A stretch of 64,000 nt of DNA from Octopus sinensis (GCF_006345805.1 NC_043010.1:14818001-14882000), one strand, 5' to 3'. Shown: positions 1 through 13,415, numbered from the stretch's first letter. The notes: a model not told the origin generated them from the letters alone. Program-made: numbers and translations.

Positions 1-29
1 CTGTGATGGCATGCACTGCTCTCTCTCAC

Positions 30-30
<1 letters not shown>

Positions 31-66
<36 letters not shown>

Positions 67-89
67 TGATGATGATGATGATGATGATG

Positions 90-130
<41 letters not shown>
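31..130. repeat. (AAT)n/(GAT)n trinucleotide microsatellite
   Basis: Direct read: taataataa...tgatgatga...taataataa. Confidence 0.95.
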
Positions 131-487
131 TTATTCTTTTACTGGCCACAAGGGCTCATATAAAATAACATTAAAAGACATGTAACAACATTAAAGACAA
201 ACACGGGGTGATACAATGGGTTTTACTGCGTATACACAATATAATAACAATAAAAATTAAACAAGATAAAACTCCCAATAGGGGAGGTACTTTAATGACC
301 TCGTGAGAAAACCCAGAAAAGCCACGGGTGCCTGAACAATAGGACAAGTGCCCTTCTCCTTTAGTTTACAGGTGCACGTTCAGAAGTGGTCCTTTCACAC
401 TGGCCATTCTTCCAACATTCACCCACCTTTCAACAAACTTGCTACAAGGCAACACTTCCTTCTCCACCCTCAACTTTCTTTTCAAGT
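131..487 (-). mobile_element. 3' end of a Tx1/L1-like LINE (5'-truncated): ORF C-terminus plus 3' UTR
   Basis: Minus strand 487-368 translates HLKRKLRVEKEVLPCSKFVERWVNVGRMASVKGPLLNVHL*, resembling Tx1-type ORF2 C-termini. A T-rich 3' UTR follows, ending gagcccttgtggccagtaaaagaataa. Clade is assigned from memory. Confidence 0.55.
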
Positions 488-1175
488 GATATCAGATTGG
501 AGTTCGGACTGAAAAAGTGTGATGTGTTAGTCTAGAAGAGAGGCAAAATAAAATGTATGGACGTGCTAGCGATACCGTCGGAGGAAGTTATGAAGCAAAT
601 AGAAGAGACGTGCCATAAGTATTTGGGGATATTGAAAATGGGTAAATTGATGGAGAAAGAAATCACAGAAAAACGTAAGTCTACTTGTGCAGACTGAGAC
701 TGATACCTAAGTCGAAATTAAAAGAAAGGAATAAAACTGAAGCTATCAACACATGGGCGGTTTCACTCCTTAGATATAAAGCAGGGGTAATCGCACGGAC
801 AGAAGATAAATTAAATAGCTTAGACAGAAAGACAAGGAATTTGCTGACTAGATATGGGTCACTCCACCCAAAAAGTAACACAGACAGACTGTATGTACCA
901 AGAAAAAGAGTGGAAAAGGACAGATTGGATGCGAATACAGCATTAGAGCAGAAGAAAACAACAAAGCAGGGTATGAACCGCTGTTATTGGAAGTAAGAGG
1001 ATCAGGCTTATGTTGGATGGAAAATTGCGAAGATAAAACACTGTACAAAGACTTGAGCATGAATGAAATTGAAAATAGGTGGATAAAGAAAAGAATGCAT
1101 GGGCAATTTAATAGGGATGTTAAGATAAGACGTAAGAGTGAAAAGATGGCTATGGATGAGCCATCCATAGCCATA
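482..1175 (+). mobile_element. Decayed R4/Dong-clade non-LTR retrotransposon RT/thumb fragment
   Basis: Frameshifted translation SDIRLEFGLKKCDVLV*KRGK...HKYLGIL...NKTEAINTWAVSLLRY...LDRKTRNLLT...LHPKSNTDRLYVPRK...MHGQF, typical of R4/Dong RLE LINEs. Contains stops and frameshifts. Confidence 0.8.
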
Positions 1176-1232
1176 GTCAACCTCGGCGGAATTTGAACTC
1201 AGAACGTAGCGACGGCCGAAATGTCACTAAGC
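1176..1232 (-). mobile_element. SINE family D fragment
   Basis: agtcaacctcggcggaatttgaactcagaacgtagcgacggccgaaat matches the reverse complement of the family D copy at 38829. Confidence 0.75.
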
Positions 1233-1490
1233 AGTATGTATGTATGTATGTATGTATGTATGTATGTATGTATGTATGTATGCATGTATGTATGTATGTA
1301 TGAATGTATATATGTATGTATGTGTGAACGTTTGTATGTATGTATGTATGTATGTATGTATGTATGTATACATGTATGTGTGAACGTATGTATGTATGTA
1401 TGTATGTACGTATGTATGTATGTATGTATGAATGTATGTATGTATGTATGTATGTATGAATGAATGTATGTATGTATGTGTCTGTGCGAG
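1233..1490. repeat. (ATGT)n tetranucleotide microsatellite
   Basis: Direct read. Confidence 0.95.
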
Positions 1491-1836
1491 TGCATTTGCA
1501 TACGTGCGCTCACACGCATACACACATTCAAAATAGAGTTTACCCCAATTCGCTGCTCAGACATCTTGTTGCTCGAGTAACGAGTAACATTGAGACATTT
1601 TGTCGAAAGAAACATCGCACGGAGATAGCGTTCACAAGGTTATGCTCATAGTTTTAACTGCATTTTCAATGAGGTAAATGAGAAATTTGAGTTTTCGTTG
1701 GATATTTTGCAGGGTGATTAACTGACCGTTGCTCTGTACGGATAGCAAACTTTGATTTGGGTCTATTATTATTTTTAAATTCATTTCTTTGAAGGTGGTA
1801 ATTGGGGGATTTCCTTAAATTATTTATTTATTAACA

Positions 1837-2220
1837 GTGGAGGCGCAATGGCCCAGTGGTTAGGGCAGCGGACTCGCGGTCATAGGATCGCGGTTTCGAT
1901 TCCCAGACCGGGCGTTGTGAGTGTTTATTGAGCGAAAACACCTAAAGCTCCACGACGCTCCGGCAGGGGATGGTGGTGATCCCTGCTGTACTCTTTCACC
2001 ACAACTTTCTCTCACTCTTACTTCCTGTTTCTGTTGTACCTGTATTTCAAAGGGCCGGCCTTGTCACTCTCTGTGTCACGCTGAATATCCCCAAGAACTA
2101 CGTTAAGGGTGCACGTGTCTGTGGAGTGCTCAGCCACTCACACGTTAATTTCACGAGCAGGCTGTTCCGTTGATTCGGATCAACCGGAACCCTCATCGTC
2201 GTAACCGACGGAGTGCTTCC
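1837..2220 (+). mobile_element. SINE family A (tRNA-Arg-like head; probably the octopus OR1/OR2 group)
   Basis: A box tggcccagtggttagg and B box ggtttcgattccc. Near-identical to copies at 14940, 39429 and 41834. Imperfect TSD aaattattta...ttaac. Confidence 0.9.
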
Positions 2221-3559
2221 AAATTATTTATTAACTGTCCATGGTTTTCGACATTATAAGCCAATCGTCACGATACATGACATATTACAAGTTGCTGAGT
2301 ATTTTTGTGTACAATTGTGTAATATGTCTCTATATGTCACAGATATCAAACATGATACTCAGATGAGCCTTTGCTTCTCGTTCACAGTTCACAATGAACT
2401 CGTCTGTCGTGATGAAGAACGAAAACAATAATAAACTCTAAATACACCGAATTTAATCGCGTATTCGGAATACTAACAAACAATACCCAACTAAAGATAC
2501 AGAAAGCAGAAAATATGCGCTGTTCATATATCTTGCTATAAACCGCACCCAGAGATAAAATTAGTTCATTGCAAATTCATAAATCATCTGTCTTTTCGTT
2601 AATTTTCAGATATTTGTGCATTCTTCGGCTCACCACAAGAGTCCTCTCAAGAATTCCTCAAAAAAAATTTCATATAAATGTTTCATAAAAAAAATTTCTT
2701 TAGAAAATCTTATCTGTAGAATTTGTTGTATAGAGACGTTTGTATTTCGAAGTTGTACTTTTTGTAGTAAGAAACTTGTTCTGCGACCTGTTGTTGAAAC
2801 TAAAGCCACTATATCATGAAACTGCGACTGATTAACACACACAAAGCTGTTGAATTTAAACTAAATTAAAATTTGTTGTATGATGTGTCAACATTTCTGT
2901 CGTATAACAGAGACCCAATAACTGGAATATTTCCCAATATGATATCAATGGAAACAACATTAAATGAATTAAAATTTTAAAGTAAGTTTAACAGATTCCT
3001 GCATTATCAAATTATTCATCCTCGATGCTGAAACTTCCATAAATTTTATTAATTTTTATATATTGTTACACATTATGGCAGATTTTGTATGGCTGTATGT
3101 GAAACCAGTAATTTCTATCAAGTTATTTCCAACGTTACTAAGGCAGAAACAATTAAAAGATGCATATACGAAAGAATGTCAGATAGTCTTTCACACAAAC
3201 TGAACAGTCAATAAACATTTTGCATTGCCTCACGTTATTGAATAACTTTTCCCGCTTAATTGCATTTCACACAAGTGTGGAATTCCATCTAATACATTTA
3301 CAGATTCAAATGCATTATATATATATATATATATATATTACTTATTTCTTACTCGGTATTGCATCGTGTCGTGCTGTCTATTTTCTGAAAAGAGATAAAA
3401 TTCATTTAAATTTCAGAAACACATGTACAGGTAACATAGAGATGCAAAGTTCCATTTAAAAAAAAACTACGATAAAAATATTTTTTCGTATGAATTCAAA
3501 TTACATCATTGGAGACGATTACGATAACAGAAAAAAACGAAGGAATTTATCTGACAACA

Positions 3560-3765
3560 CACATACGCACACGCGCACATATATAACAAATATATATAAC
3601 ATACATACACATGTATATATATATATGTATGTGTATATATATATGTATATATGTGTAATATGTACGATATATAATTTGTATATATATATGTATATATATA
3701 TTATATATATATATATAATATATATATATATATTATATATATTATATAATATATATATATGTGTA
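3560..3765. repeat. (TA)n-rich microsatellite
   Basis: Direct read. Confidence 0.9.
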
Positions 3766-3769
3766 GGTC

Positions 3770-4130
3770 CCGGTTTGATTCGGGGTAAACCACAGTAAAT
3801 AAGGTACTCAATACATAGCAGAGTAAAATTAATTTATTATATAGAAGGAGCTTCTACAGGACGAACTGTTTCATTCAAGAGAAATCTCCAGGAAGCTAGT
3901 TAACAAGAATTGTATTGGCATTTATACATTTAGGCAGGTTTATAGGGGGTGGTGGTGGGGGACTTTTTGGGGGTAGGCATAGCGCAAAAAAATCATACTT
4001 AGGGAGTGGTCAAGGAGTCAGTGGTAAATTTGATAGAAGAATAAATAAAAGAATAAAAAGAATAAAAAATAAAAAAATATATAATTATATAGAAGAATAG
4101 AGTTTTAGGTAAATAAGGAAATTCTCAACA
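3770..4130 (-). mobile_element. Penelope-type terminal repeat (pLTR), same orientation as the downstream RT/EN ORF
   Basis: Reverse complement of 7934-8220 over about 280 bp. Contains a hammerhead motif. Confidence 0.85.
3849..3897 (-). ncRNA. Type I hammerhead ribozyme motif with a core variant (CUGGAGA)
   Basis: Minus strand reads agcttc-CTGGAGA-tttc tctt gaat-GAAA-cag ttcgtc ctgt-A-gaagct. Stem I is agcttc/gaagct, stem III is ACAG/CUGU, and the cleavage triplet is GUA. A6 is changed to G. Confidence 0.7.
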
Positions 4131-4487
4131 CACCATATACATACACACATACATACAACACACACCCATTAATATATATATATATATATATAACACACAC
4201 ACCCATATACATACATATATCTACATATATATACATATTATATATATATACACATACATATACATACATACACATATACATGCATATACATATACACACA
4301 CACATGTATATATACACACACACGACCACACATACACATACACACAAAAAAAAAATATATACTACACCCATACACATACTCACATACACACACATATCCA
4401 CATACACACATGCACACACACACCAAGTCCCTATATACTCATATATACATATACACATATATGTATGCATACACAACACACACACAT

Positions 4488-4534
<47 letters not shown>

Positions 4535-5063
4535 GTTGTACCCACTCATACACATATATGTATGTATGTATCACACACACACACATACATATATATACAC
4601 ATACATACATATGTGTACCTATTCATACCTACACATACACACATATATACATACAATTACAAACCCATTCCCTAACTTTAATTTTATTATCTTCATTTAT
4701 TACTTTTGTTATCTTTGACCGCTGTCACAAACATCTTGGCTAGTCCTTTTTATCTTCTACTTGAGCACAAGCACTCACTCACGCACGCACACTCATTAGC
4801 ACGCACACACACTCTCATTCGTACACTCATACACATACACGCACGCCGCACGCGTTATATTCATACATACATTCATCTACATACATACACGTATATTACA
4901 CATACATACGCGTACCTACAGATTCATGTCTACAATCTTAGAAGACTAGTCTATACATATACACCAAATATATATACACACATACATATACACCTACATA
5001 CAAATACATACATACATATATATACCACATATATATAACATACATACACATATACACACACAC

Positions 5064-5094
<31 letters not shown>

Positions 5095-5429
5095 CCATAT
5101 AGACATATATATACATATACATATATATTATACACACATCCGCATACATACATACAGATACACCCATACATACATACGTATATACACACATACACACACC
5201 CCACGTATACATATACATACATATATATACGCGCATGCATACACATAAATACATACACATACACATTACATATACATACATACATAATATATATATATAT
5301 ATATATATAATACACACATACATACACATACATACATACATATACACATATACACACACACATACATACACATATACACATACACGCACATACACATATA
5401 CATGCATATACATACACATATATATATAT

Positions 5430-5463
<34 letters not shown>

Positions 5464-5752
5464 CATATACATACACACATACACATACACACATACACAC
5501 ATGTACACATACACACACATATATACATACACACACATACATATATATATACATACACACACACACATATATATATACCCACACCTACACATACACACAT
5601 ATATATATACATATATACATACATATACACACATACACACACACCACCATATATGTACATACATACACATACACATACATATACATATACATACACATAT
5701 ACATATACATATACACATGCACATACGTATAACTCTACATACCCACATATAC

Positions 5753-5783
<31 letters not shown>

Positions 5784-6179
5784 TATATATATATATATAC
5801 ACACACATATATATACACATATACATGTGCACACATACACACACATATATATAATACCCATCTACAATCTGTATATACACACACATACATGCACATACAC
5901 ATAACTCTACATACCTACATATACATCGACATACTCGCGTACACTCATATATATATGTTATATATATTATATATATATATATTATATATAATACACACAT
6001 ACACATACATATACACACATATACATATATAATAATACATACAATATATAAATAATATATACATATATATATATACATACACACGCACATATATACATAT
6101 ATATATACACCACATACACATACATATACATATATACATATATATATATAATATATATATATATATTATATATATATAC

Positions 6180-6217
<38 letters not shown>

Positions 6218-6501
6218 ACAATTGAGGGTAAAGTTAATTAGTTATTAATCAATTTCACCAAGTATTCAGTATGTAAAAGGACCATTATTTTTTTGAGTAA
6301 ACATTGTCTGAGAGAAAATTTTTTTTTAAGTAGTGGAAAGGGCTAAAAAAACTTATTTGGCTGCTATTTCTAGAAAGTTCAGTATGTGGTAAAGTAATTT
6401 ATTTTACTAAGCCCTAATTATATAAAATTTTATATATACATACACATACATACACACATACATATACACATACATATGCATACACACATATATACATATA
6501 T

Positions 6502-6551
<50 letters not shown>

Positions 6552-6670
6552 TTTTTTTACATACATACACACACACACACACATAATACATGCGTATATT
6601 CCTATTGTACCCATACATTTCTATACATATATACGATACACATATACAAGCGTGCACATACAATATGTGA
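4131..6670. repeat. About 2.5 kb compound (TA/CA/TACA) microsatellite array between the PLE ORF and its pLTR
   Basis: Direct read. Interrupted by a non-repetitive block at about 6235-6420. Confidence 0.9.
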
Positions 6671-6747
6671 AAGGTCTTAGGAGAAAAGGTAGTCGGGGGT
6701 GCTAGGGGAACGGTGGGATTGGGGGGGGGGTTTTTGGTGGGGTGTCA

Positions 6748-7933
6748 TCAATCTGGTTGCCGGGTAGGTCTATAGTTCTTGTAGTTTGTATAATTCTTAT
6801 GCATGCAATTTGGGGAGTGTTCTGAAATCTTGTTAAGGAGAGGGCCTTTGGCGAACAAGATCTCTAGGCTCTCCGAAATGCAAAGGTCACAGCAGGTATG
6901 GCCTCCTGTGTACGAACGCGCCTTCTGTAGTAGTTTCCACTTGGTCTTGAAGGGGATGGAGTTCCTTTTAAGGTACCAGATGTGGGCGGCGAGGGTAGTT
7001 TGGTTGGATTTCCGGTCGCCGGAACGAGTGTGTGTGTGCGTACCAACGGGTCTTAAAGCTGTTTGACGTCATTCCGATGTAGGATTTTCTTTTATCGCCA
7101 GGGCCTGATCTTACCTCGCATGTATATACTAGGTCCCTCTGTAGGCGGTTGTTGTTGAGGGGGCAGGTGGTTTTATCAGGGCAGTTGCATTTGCTATCGG
7201 ACGTTGGATGGGCCTCGGAAAAAGTAGATATGTTAAGTTTTTTCACATTGTTGTTGGCTAGGTTCCTGGCTAGATTGGGCGTGGTAGAGTAGGAGAGTCT
7301 AATAGTGTTCTTATTTAGGATAGTGTAGTACTTATGTTGGGTGGGGAAGTGTTTCTGTAGGAGAGTAAAGAAGATTTTAGCTACAGGTGTAGCGACCTCA
7401 CGGTTGAAGGGGGGGTTGGTACCAGCTAATGTGTCTTCGTCTATTTTTCTGGGTTGGCGTGGGGCTATACTAGTATAGGTAATCTTATCTTTAAAGCCAC
7501 TGCGGGCCAGGCCCTCGTTGTAATAGGGGCTGCGGCCTTAAAGATATCTTCCGTGGCGAACAGGCTAGAAATTCTTATTGAGACACTTTTTACTAGGTTA
7601 TCTAATATATTTTTGGGGTGGTTGGAATTAATATCTATATATCTAAGGGATTCATTTGGTTTGTGGTACGGGTAATAAAGTGAGGTTTTTAAGTCGAGGG
7701 TGACGTCAAGGAAGTTAGCTTTGGTTAAGTTGGATTCTAAGGTAATCCTAAGGCCTAAGTTTTTAAAGAAGGTGTAAAGATTTTTCCGGAACCCATCCGT
7801 GGTCCTGGGGTTTATTTTGTGGAGGGCGAAAAGGCCGTCATCGCGGTAAAGACCACCGGAGAGGCCTGTGAATAGGGTTTTCAGCCTATGGAGGATGAAA
7901 AGGCCCACTAGGTCACTTATTTCAGCCGAGTCG

Positions 7934-7935
<2 letters not shown>
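6748..7935 (-). mobile_element. Penelope-like element (Neptune-type): 5'-truncated RT plus GIY-YIG endonuclease, frameshifted
   Basis: RT motifs SDSAEISDLVGLFIL, LYRDDGL, NFLDVTLDL and YHKP...SNHP. Cys-rich linker CNCPDKTTCPL. GIY-YIG motifs LVYTCEV...YIGMTSNSFKTRW, then CDLCISE...LLNK to a stop at about 6750. Confidence 0.92.
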
Positions 7936-8324
<389 letters not shown>

Positions 8325-8333
8325 TATTTATGT

Positions 8334-8735
8334 TACTCTTTTACTTGTTTCAGTCATTTGACTGTGCCCATGCTAGACCACCGCCTGTAGTCTACCAAAT
8401 CGACACCAGGACTTATTCTTTGTAAGCCTAGTACTTATTCTATCGGTTGTTTTGCCGAACCGCTAAGTTACGGGGACGTAAACTCACCAGCATCGTTTGT
8501 TAAGCGATGTTGGGGCGGCCAACACAGACACACAAACATATACACACACATGCATATAAATATATACATATATACGACGGCTTCTTTCAGTTTCCGTCTA
8601 CCAAATCCACTCACAAGGCTTTAGTCGGCCCGAGGCTATAGTAGAAGACACCAGCCCAAGGTGCCACGTAGTGGGACTGAACCCGGAACCTTGTGGTTGG
8701 TAAGCAAGCTACTTACCACACAACCACTCCTACGC
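8334..8735 (-). mobile_element. SINE family C (tRNA-derived head, CORE-like body, internal microsatellite)
   Basis: Tail tactcttttacttgtttcagtcatttgactg and head gcgtaggagtggttgtgtggtaag. Matches about 15 other copies in the window. Confidence 0.9.
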
Positions 8736-8809
8736 ATATATATATATATATATATATTACACACACACACATACACACACACATACACACAGACACATAC
8801 ACACACACA

Positions 8810-10621
8810 TATTGAGTTGATAAGAAAGTAATTTCGTTTTTTTAGTGTGAAATAAAAGTCATTATTTTTTCATATAAAGAATGAACTTTAATCAATTATA
8901 TATTTTCCCTTGTGTTCGATGATCTTTTGCGATCTTTCTGGAATCTTTATGATTCCGGGCGTATACAACTTCTTGTCCTTAGCACCCAAAAACGGAAGCA
9001 AGTGCAATTTCAGGTCATCATTATGATTGAAAATTTAATCATTCAAAGAAGTTTGGAAACTTCGAAATAAATGGTAATCTGATGGTGCAAAGTGGGGGCT
9101 ATATGGTTGATATGGCATCACTTCCCAACCGAGCTCTAATAAAACTGGTCTGTATTTCAGAATTTAAAAAAATTATTCATGGATGTGATGTTACATATTC
9201 TTGGGTTGCTGATTTTAAATATCTAAACCATTTTTCTTTGTCACACAAGGATGTTGAATAAAATACAAATTAATAATTAATTTTTAATAAATTTTTAATA
9301 AATTGTTACTTTATCAAATTGAATCAAATAATCAAGGAAAAACCACATTCTGTTAGTTTTAAGAACATACGTTTCCCAAATCATCAGTCAATGAACCACG
9401 TTCATCATGAAATACATCGGAATTATCAGTATCAAACCAAATGAATGTAAAAAAATATGTCCCTAATGGTTAGCCTACATATTGATTCAAAGGAAGGAGG
9501 ATCGCTTTAATTTCCGCTTCTACTGTGCATCGGGACCATCATATTTCAATGACCAGCAGTAATCCGCCATCATGCTGACATTCCATTTGCCCTGGTATCG
9601 AGTTTCCATGGTGCAAATGTCTTGATGAACCGCTCTCCTTGTTCCTCAATGTAGACTCCACAGTGTAATTTTTTATGACTTAGAAAAGACGTGTGTGGAC
9701 TAGCGTTGTGATGGTGGAACACGATTCTTTTACGATTTGTCAATTCTGGTCGTTTTTCTTTGATTGCTTCCTCCAGTTTTCTTAATTGCTGACACTAAAT
9801 ATCTGAATTAATAGGTTGGTTTCTTGGAAACAGCTAAAGATACACAACAACTTTGTAATCCAACCAAATTGAGAGCATTTCCTTTTTAGATGCAATTCAG
9901 ATTTCGATGAGGCTTGTGTTGGCTCATTACGCTAAGACCATAATCGTTTGCGATTGATGTTATTGTAGACAATCCATTTTTTATCACCAGTGATGATTCG
10001 TTTTAAAAAAGGTCGATTTCATTGCTTTTTAGAGGCATATCGCAAATATTGACACGTTGTCTTAAGTGAAACTTATTCAATTTATGTGTAATCCAAATAT
10101 GGGGCTTCTTAACGAGTCCAGAACATTTAAAGTGATTTTTCAATTGTTGTGTTTGATACATTTTACCTTTCTGCAATCTCTCGCAGAGTAATATGACAAT
10201 CAGATTCAATTATGGCTTTGATTCGGTCATCATGAACTTCAGTAGGTCGACCAGAACGTTGGTCATCTTTGAGTGAAAAATCTCCAGAAAGGAATTTTTC
10301 AAACCATTTCTGACATGCGCGTTCTGCCAAGCAATCAACACCATAAACTTCACTTATCTCTTTGTGAACCTCAGCAGCTTTCTCGCCTTTACGGAAGTGA
10401 AAAAACCAAAATATGGCGAAAATGTTCTTTTTGCACTCCGTGTTATAATTGGCACTGAACTAACAGCTGTAAACAAAATTACGCGCAATTTGCTTCTAAA
10501 GTAAGCTAAATGTAACGGCTATCAAATGTCAAAGGGAAAAAAATCAATATATTGACAAAAGTCATTCAAAAATCACAACTCTATTTGCGAAAAACGAAAT
10601 TACTTTCTTGCCAACACAATA
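8810..10621 (-). mobile_element. Decayed mariner DNA transposon with TIRs
   Basis: TIRs tattgagttgataagaaagtaatttcgttttt and aaaaacgaaattactttcttgccaacacaata in TA context. Minus-strand remnants: ECKKEHFRHIL...ACQKWF...RSGRP, RIITGDKKW, a degenerate PPYSP-LAPSDYHLF, and KIIEHKGKYIID*. Confidence 0.92.
9143..9665 (-). mobile_element. Nested DNA-transposon deletion derivative (CMC/Chapaev3-like) inside the mariner
   Basis: Interrupts the mariner ORF with a TAA duplication (9140-9142 and 9666-9668). Minus strand encodes EEQGER(F)HQDICTMETRYQGKWNVSMMADYCWSLK. Ends are aactg...cagtg. Superfamily is assigned from memory. Confidence 0.65.
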
Positions 10622-10881
10622 TATATATATGTACGTGTGTATGTATGTATGTATGTATGTATGATGTATGTATGTATGTATGTATGTATGTATGTATGTA
10701 TGTATGTGTGTGTGTATGTGTGTATGCATGTATGTATGTATGTATGTATGTATGCATGTATGTATGTATGCATGTATGTATGTATGTATGCATGTATGTA
10801 TGTATGTATGTATGTATGTATGTATGTATGTATGAATGTATGTATGTATGTATGTATGTATGTATGTATGCATGTATGTAT
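10622..10881. repeat. (ATGT)n microsatellite
   Basis: Direct read. Confidence 0.95.
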
Positions 10882-11221
10882 CATGCGCGGGGACATAGAA
10901 ATAATCGGACTGAATACCCGATCGCGCGGTTAAACCATTGGGAGTGAAGGACTCCTAGCCTTTGTTAGGGCATCCTTCTAGGAGAAGGTAACTCAGCTAA
11001 CTGGGATAACTCCGACATAAAACCTGCGGCTCAGTGGTTACCGATGATGTTGACTTGTTCTTCTTTTCGGATTAAGGCTGCTGTTGCTTAGTGAGTGGGA
11101 TTGACTCAGTGCACAACCTTTCCTCACTTTAAAAAAAATCTTCTTGATCAGACATTGCATGGGAACAATATTGTTTAGGCTTCGCGCAATGGCCATACTC
11201 GGTAACGAGGGGGCAGCCACC
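10882..11221. mobile_element. Unclassified ~340 bp interspersed element embedded in (ATGT)n
   Basis: GC-richer complex block flanked by ATGT arrays on both sides. gggcatccttctaggagaaggtaactc resembles RTE-type 5' regions, from memory. Confidence 0.35.
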
Positions 11222-12043
11222 ATGTATGTATGTATGTATGTATGTATGTATGTATGTATGTATGTATGTATGTATGTATGTATGTATTTATGTATCTATG
11301 TATCTATCTATATTTGCGTTGATAATGACTGCACTAATGGATGCATGTAAATACACATACATGTCTTTATGCTTAGATTCAATGTTTATCAAGTCTTAGA
11401 ATATTCACAATCTTTTGAAAAGAATTTGTATAATACCAAAAGCCTATAAAATTATCGACAATATTTTAAGGAAATCCATTGATATCTATTTTCTTTGTTT
11501 GGCATTCCAAACTACTATGCTACCTTAATGACAATATATTTAAAAAATTCTGTCGAGTTCTTGAATATCTACGAATTCCACAAAACGCACGCACCACACA
11601 GACACACACACACACATACACACACACTCACATACACATACATACACACACAATAAGAGAAGAAGCACAGGATAAAAATTAAACAAAATATAAATTAGAC
11701 AGAATTTAACGAAAATTAAGAAAAATATGTGCATAAAATACATCAACGCAAAATAATAATTTACATCCGTTTGTATGAAAGTCCATTTCTTTTTATATAA
11801 CCCCTGTATTGAAAACGAAAATCTATTTTCTTTGGTAAATTCAATAAATGGATTTAAGAAAAATCTCACGGTTTAGGTGTGAAATAAGTAGGTATGACAG
11901 GTGAAGAATTTCGTCAAAATTAATTTAATTGCGAAAGTGTCGAGTTTCACAAAAAGATACCTTCATATACTTGCTACCAATATCATACCATACCAATTCT
12001 TAACAATCTGATTTGTCTATATTCCTACACTCTACCCCCCTCC

Positions 12044-12093
<50 letters not shown>

Positions 12094-12130
12094 TCAAATA
12101 TACCCACATATCTACTTGTATGTGTATGTG

Positions 12131-12197
<67 letters not shown>

Positions 12198-12332
12198 AGA
12201 GAGAGAGAGAGAGAGAGAAAGATTCAGTAGGGTATATAATACATAATACCACTTGCTAAAATCATTATTACTTTATTAATACTACTAATAACGACAAAAA
12301 TACTTCAATATTTAAATTTATACACACACACG

Positions 12333-12403
<71 letters not shown>

Positions 12404-12483
12404 TATATATATATATACATATATATACATATATATACATAAATACAGACAGGGAGAGAGAATGAGAGATACATGTATAGATG

Positions 12484-12516
<33 letters not shown>

Positions 12517-12799
12517 ATATATATATTTTCGTAAACTTTCCCGTTATATATATACACCTACATATATACATTTCTATACATATATTTAGAGAGAGATGGG
12601 GAGAGAGAGAGACGGAGAGAGGGAAAAAGAGAGAGCATCCATACATATACATATGCTATGTAGCCTAGTAGTTAGAGTTATGGGAATATGATCGTAAGTT
12701 TGTGGGTTCGATTCTTGGAATAAGGAAGCCGCTTTAATATCATGTTGTTCTACCCTACTCAGCTAAAAAAAATGAATACCTGTTTAGTGACAGTGCAGG

Positions 12800-13415
12800 C
12801 AAAGTACATGCCCCCATGTGCACGAATCTGCTGCATATTTTCTGCAGATATCTAAAGGAGTTGTTGGCAATGCTGTTATCAGCCTCCTTTTCATAGGTAT
12901 CTGAAATCTCGACTGAATTAAAGTGGCGGGCTGTCCTTCGATGCTGGTTTGCAATGGTCGGTGTGTGGACTATGGTAAATTTCGGAACATGTCAGTTTTT
13001 TTTGCAACCTGATAGTAAGTCTAAAGGCCTTGGCAGCCTTAGCAAAAGCTCCCGTGTGCGTTGTGAAAGTGCAGTGATCTGCAAACAGTAGGTCAGGGTT
13101 TAGATACTCCAGTGTCCTCGTGCGAACAAGGAGTCAGCGAAAGTTGAATATAGTCCTGCCAATGCGAAAACGTATGTAGATACCCTCGTGTAAGTTCTCC
13201 TTGGTCTCCTCTACCGACTGAATGCTGAAGAAGATTGCGGAGTCGGGGCTAGAACAACCGCTGTTTCATACCGTTCTCAATAGGGAAGGTCTCCGAGAGG
13301 TCACCATTATACTTGATCTGTCCCCGTTAGCACTTGTGAAGCTGATTGAAGACACAGAGGAACTTGGATATACAACCAAACTACTACGGAATTCTCCCTA
13401 CCTCATCCCTACTGA
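12800..13415 (-). mobile_element. RTE-clade LINE RT fragment (inverted 5' half)
   Basis: Minus strand gives degenerate RTE RT text: ...IFFSIQ...EGIYIRFR...FNFR*LL...DLLFADH...AAKAFRLTI, ending near the ...KEADNSIA...SFR segment. Confidence 0.75.

Noticed and set aside
1837-1910. tRNA gene at the SINE A/B/C/D heads
   Set aside because: A and B boxes are present but there is no complete cloverleaf or acceptor stem, and each continues into a SINE body.
2980-3200. Open stretches after possible acceptors (e.g. DFVWLYVKPVISIKLF... or RFCMAVCETSNFYQVISN...)
   Set aside because: No recognisable domain, no donor site, and both frames end in stops within about 45 codons.
1199-6663. Long ORFs rich in Y/I/H/T/C/V/M (up to 307 aa), and the same kind at 10.5, 17.3, 24.1, 27, 31, 32.8 and 55-56 kb
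   Set aside because: They are translations of TA/CA/ATGT microsatellites, open in several frames on both strands, with no protein signal.
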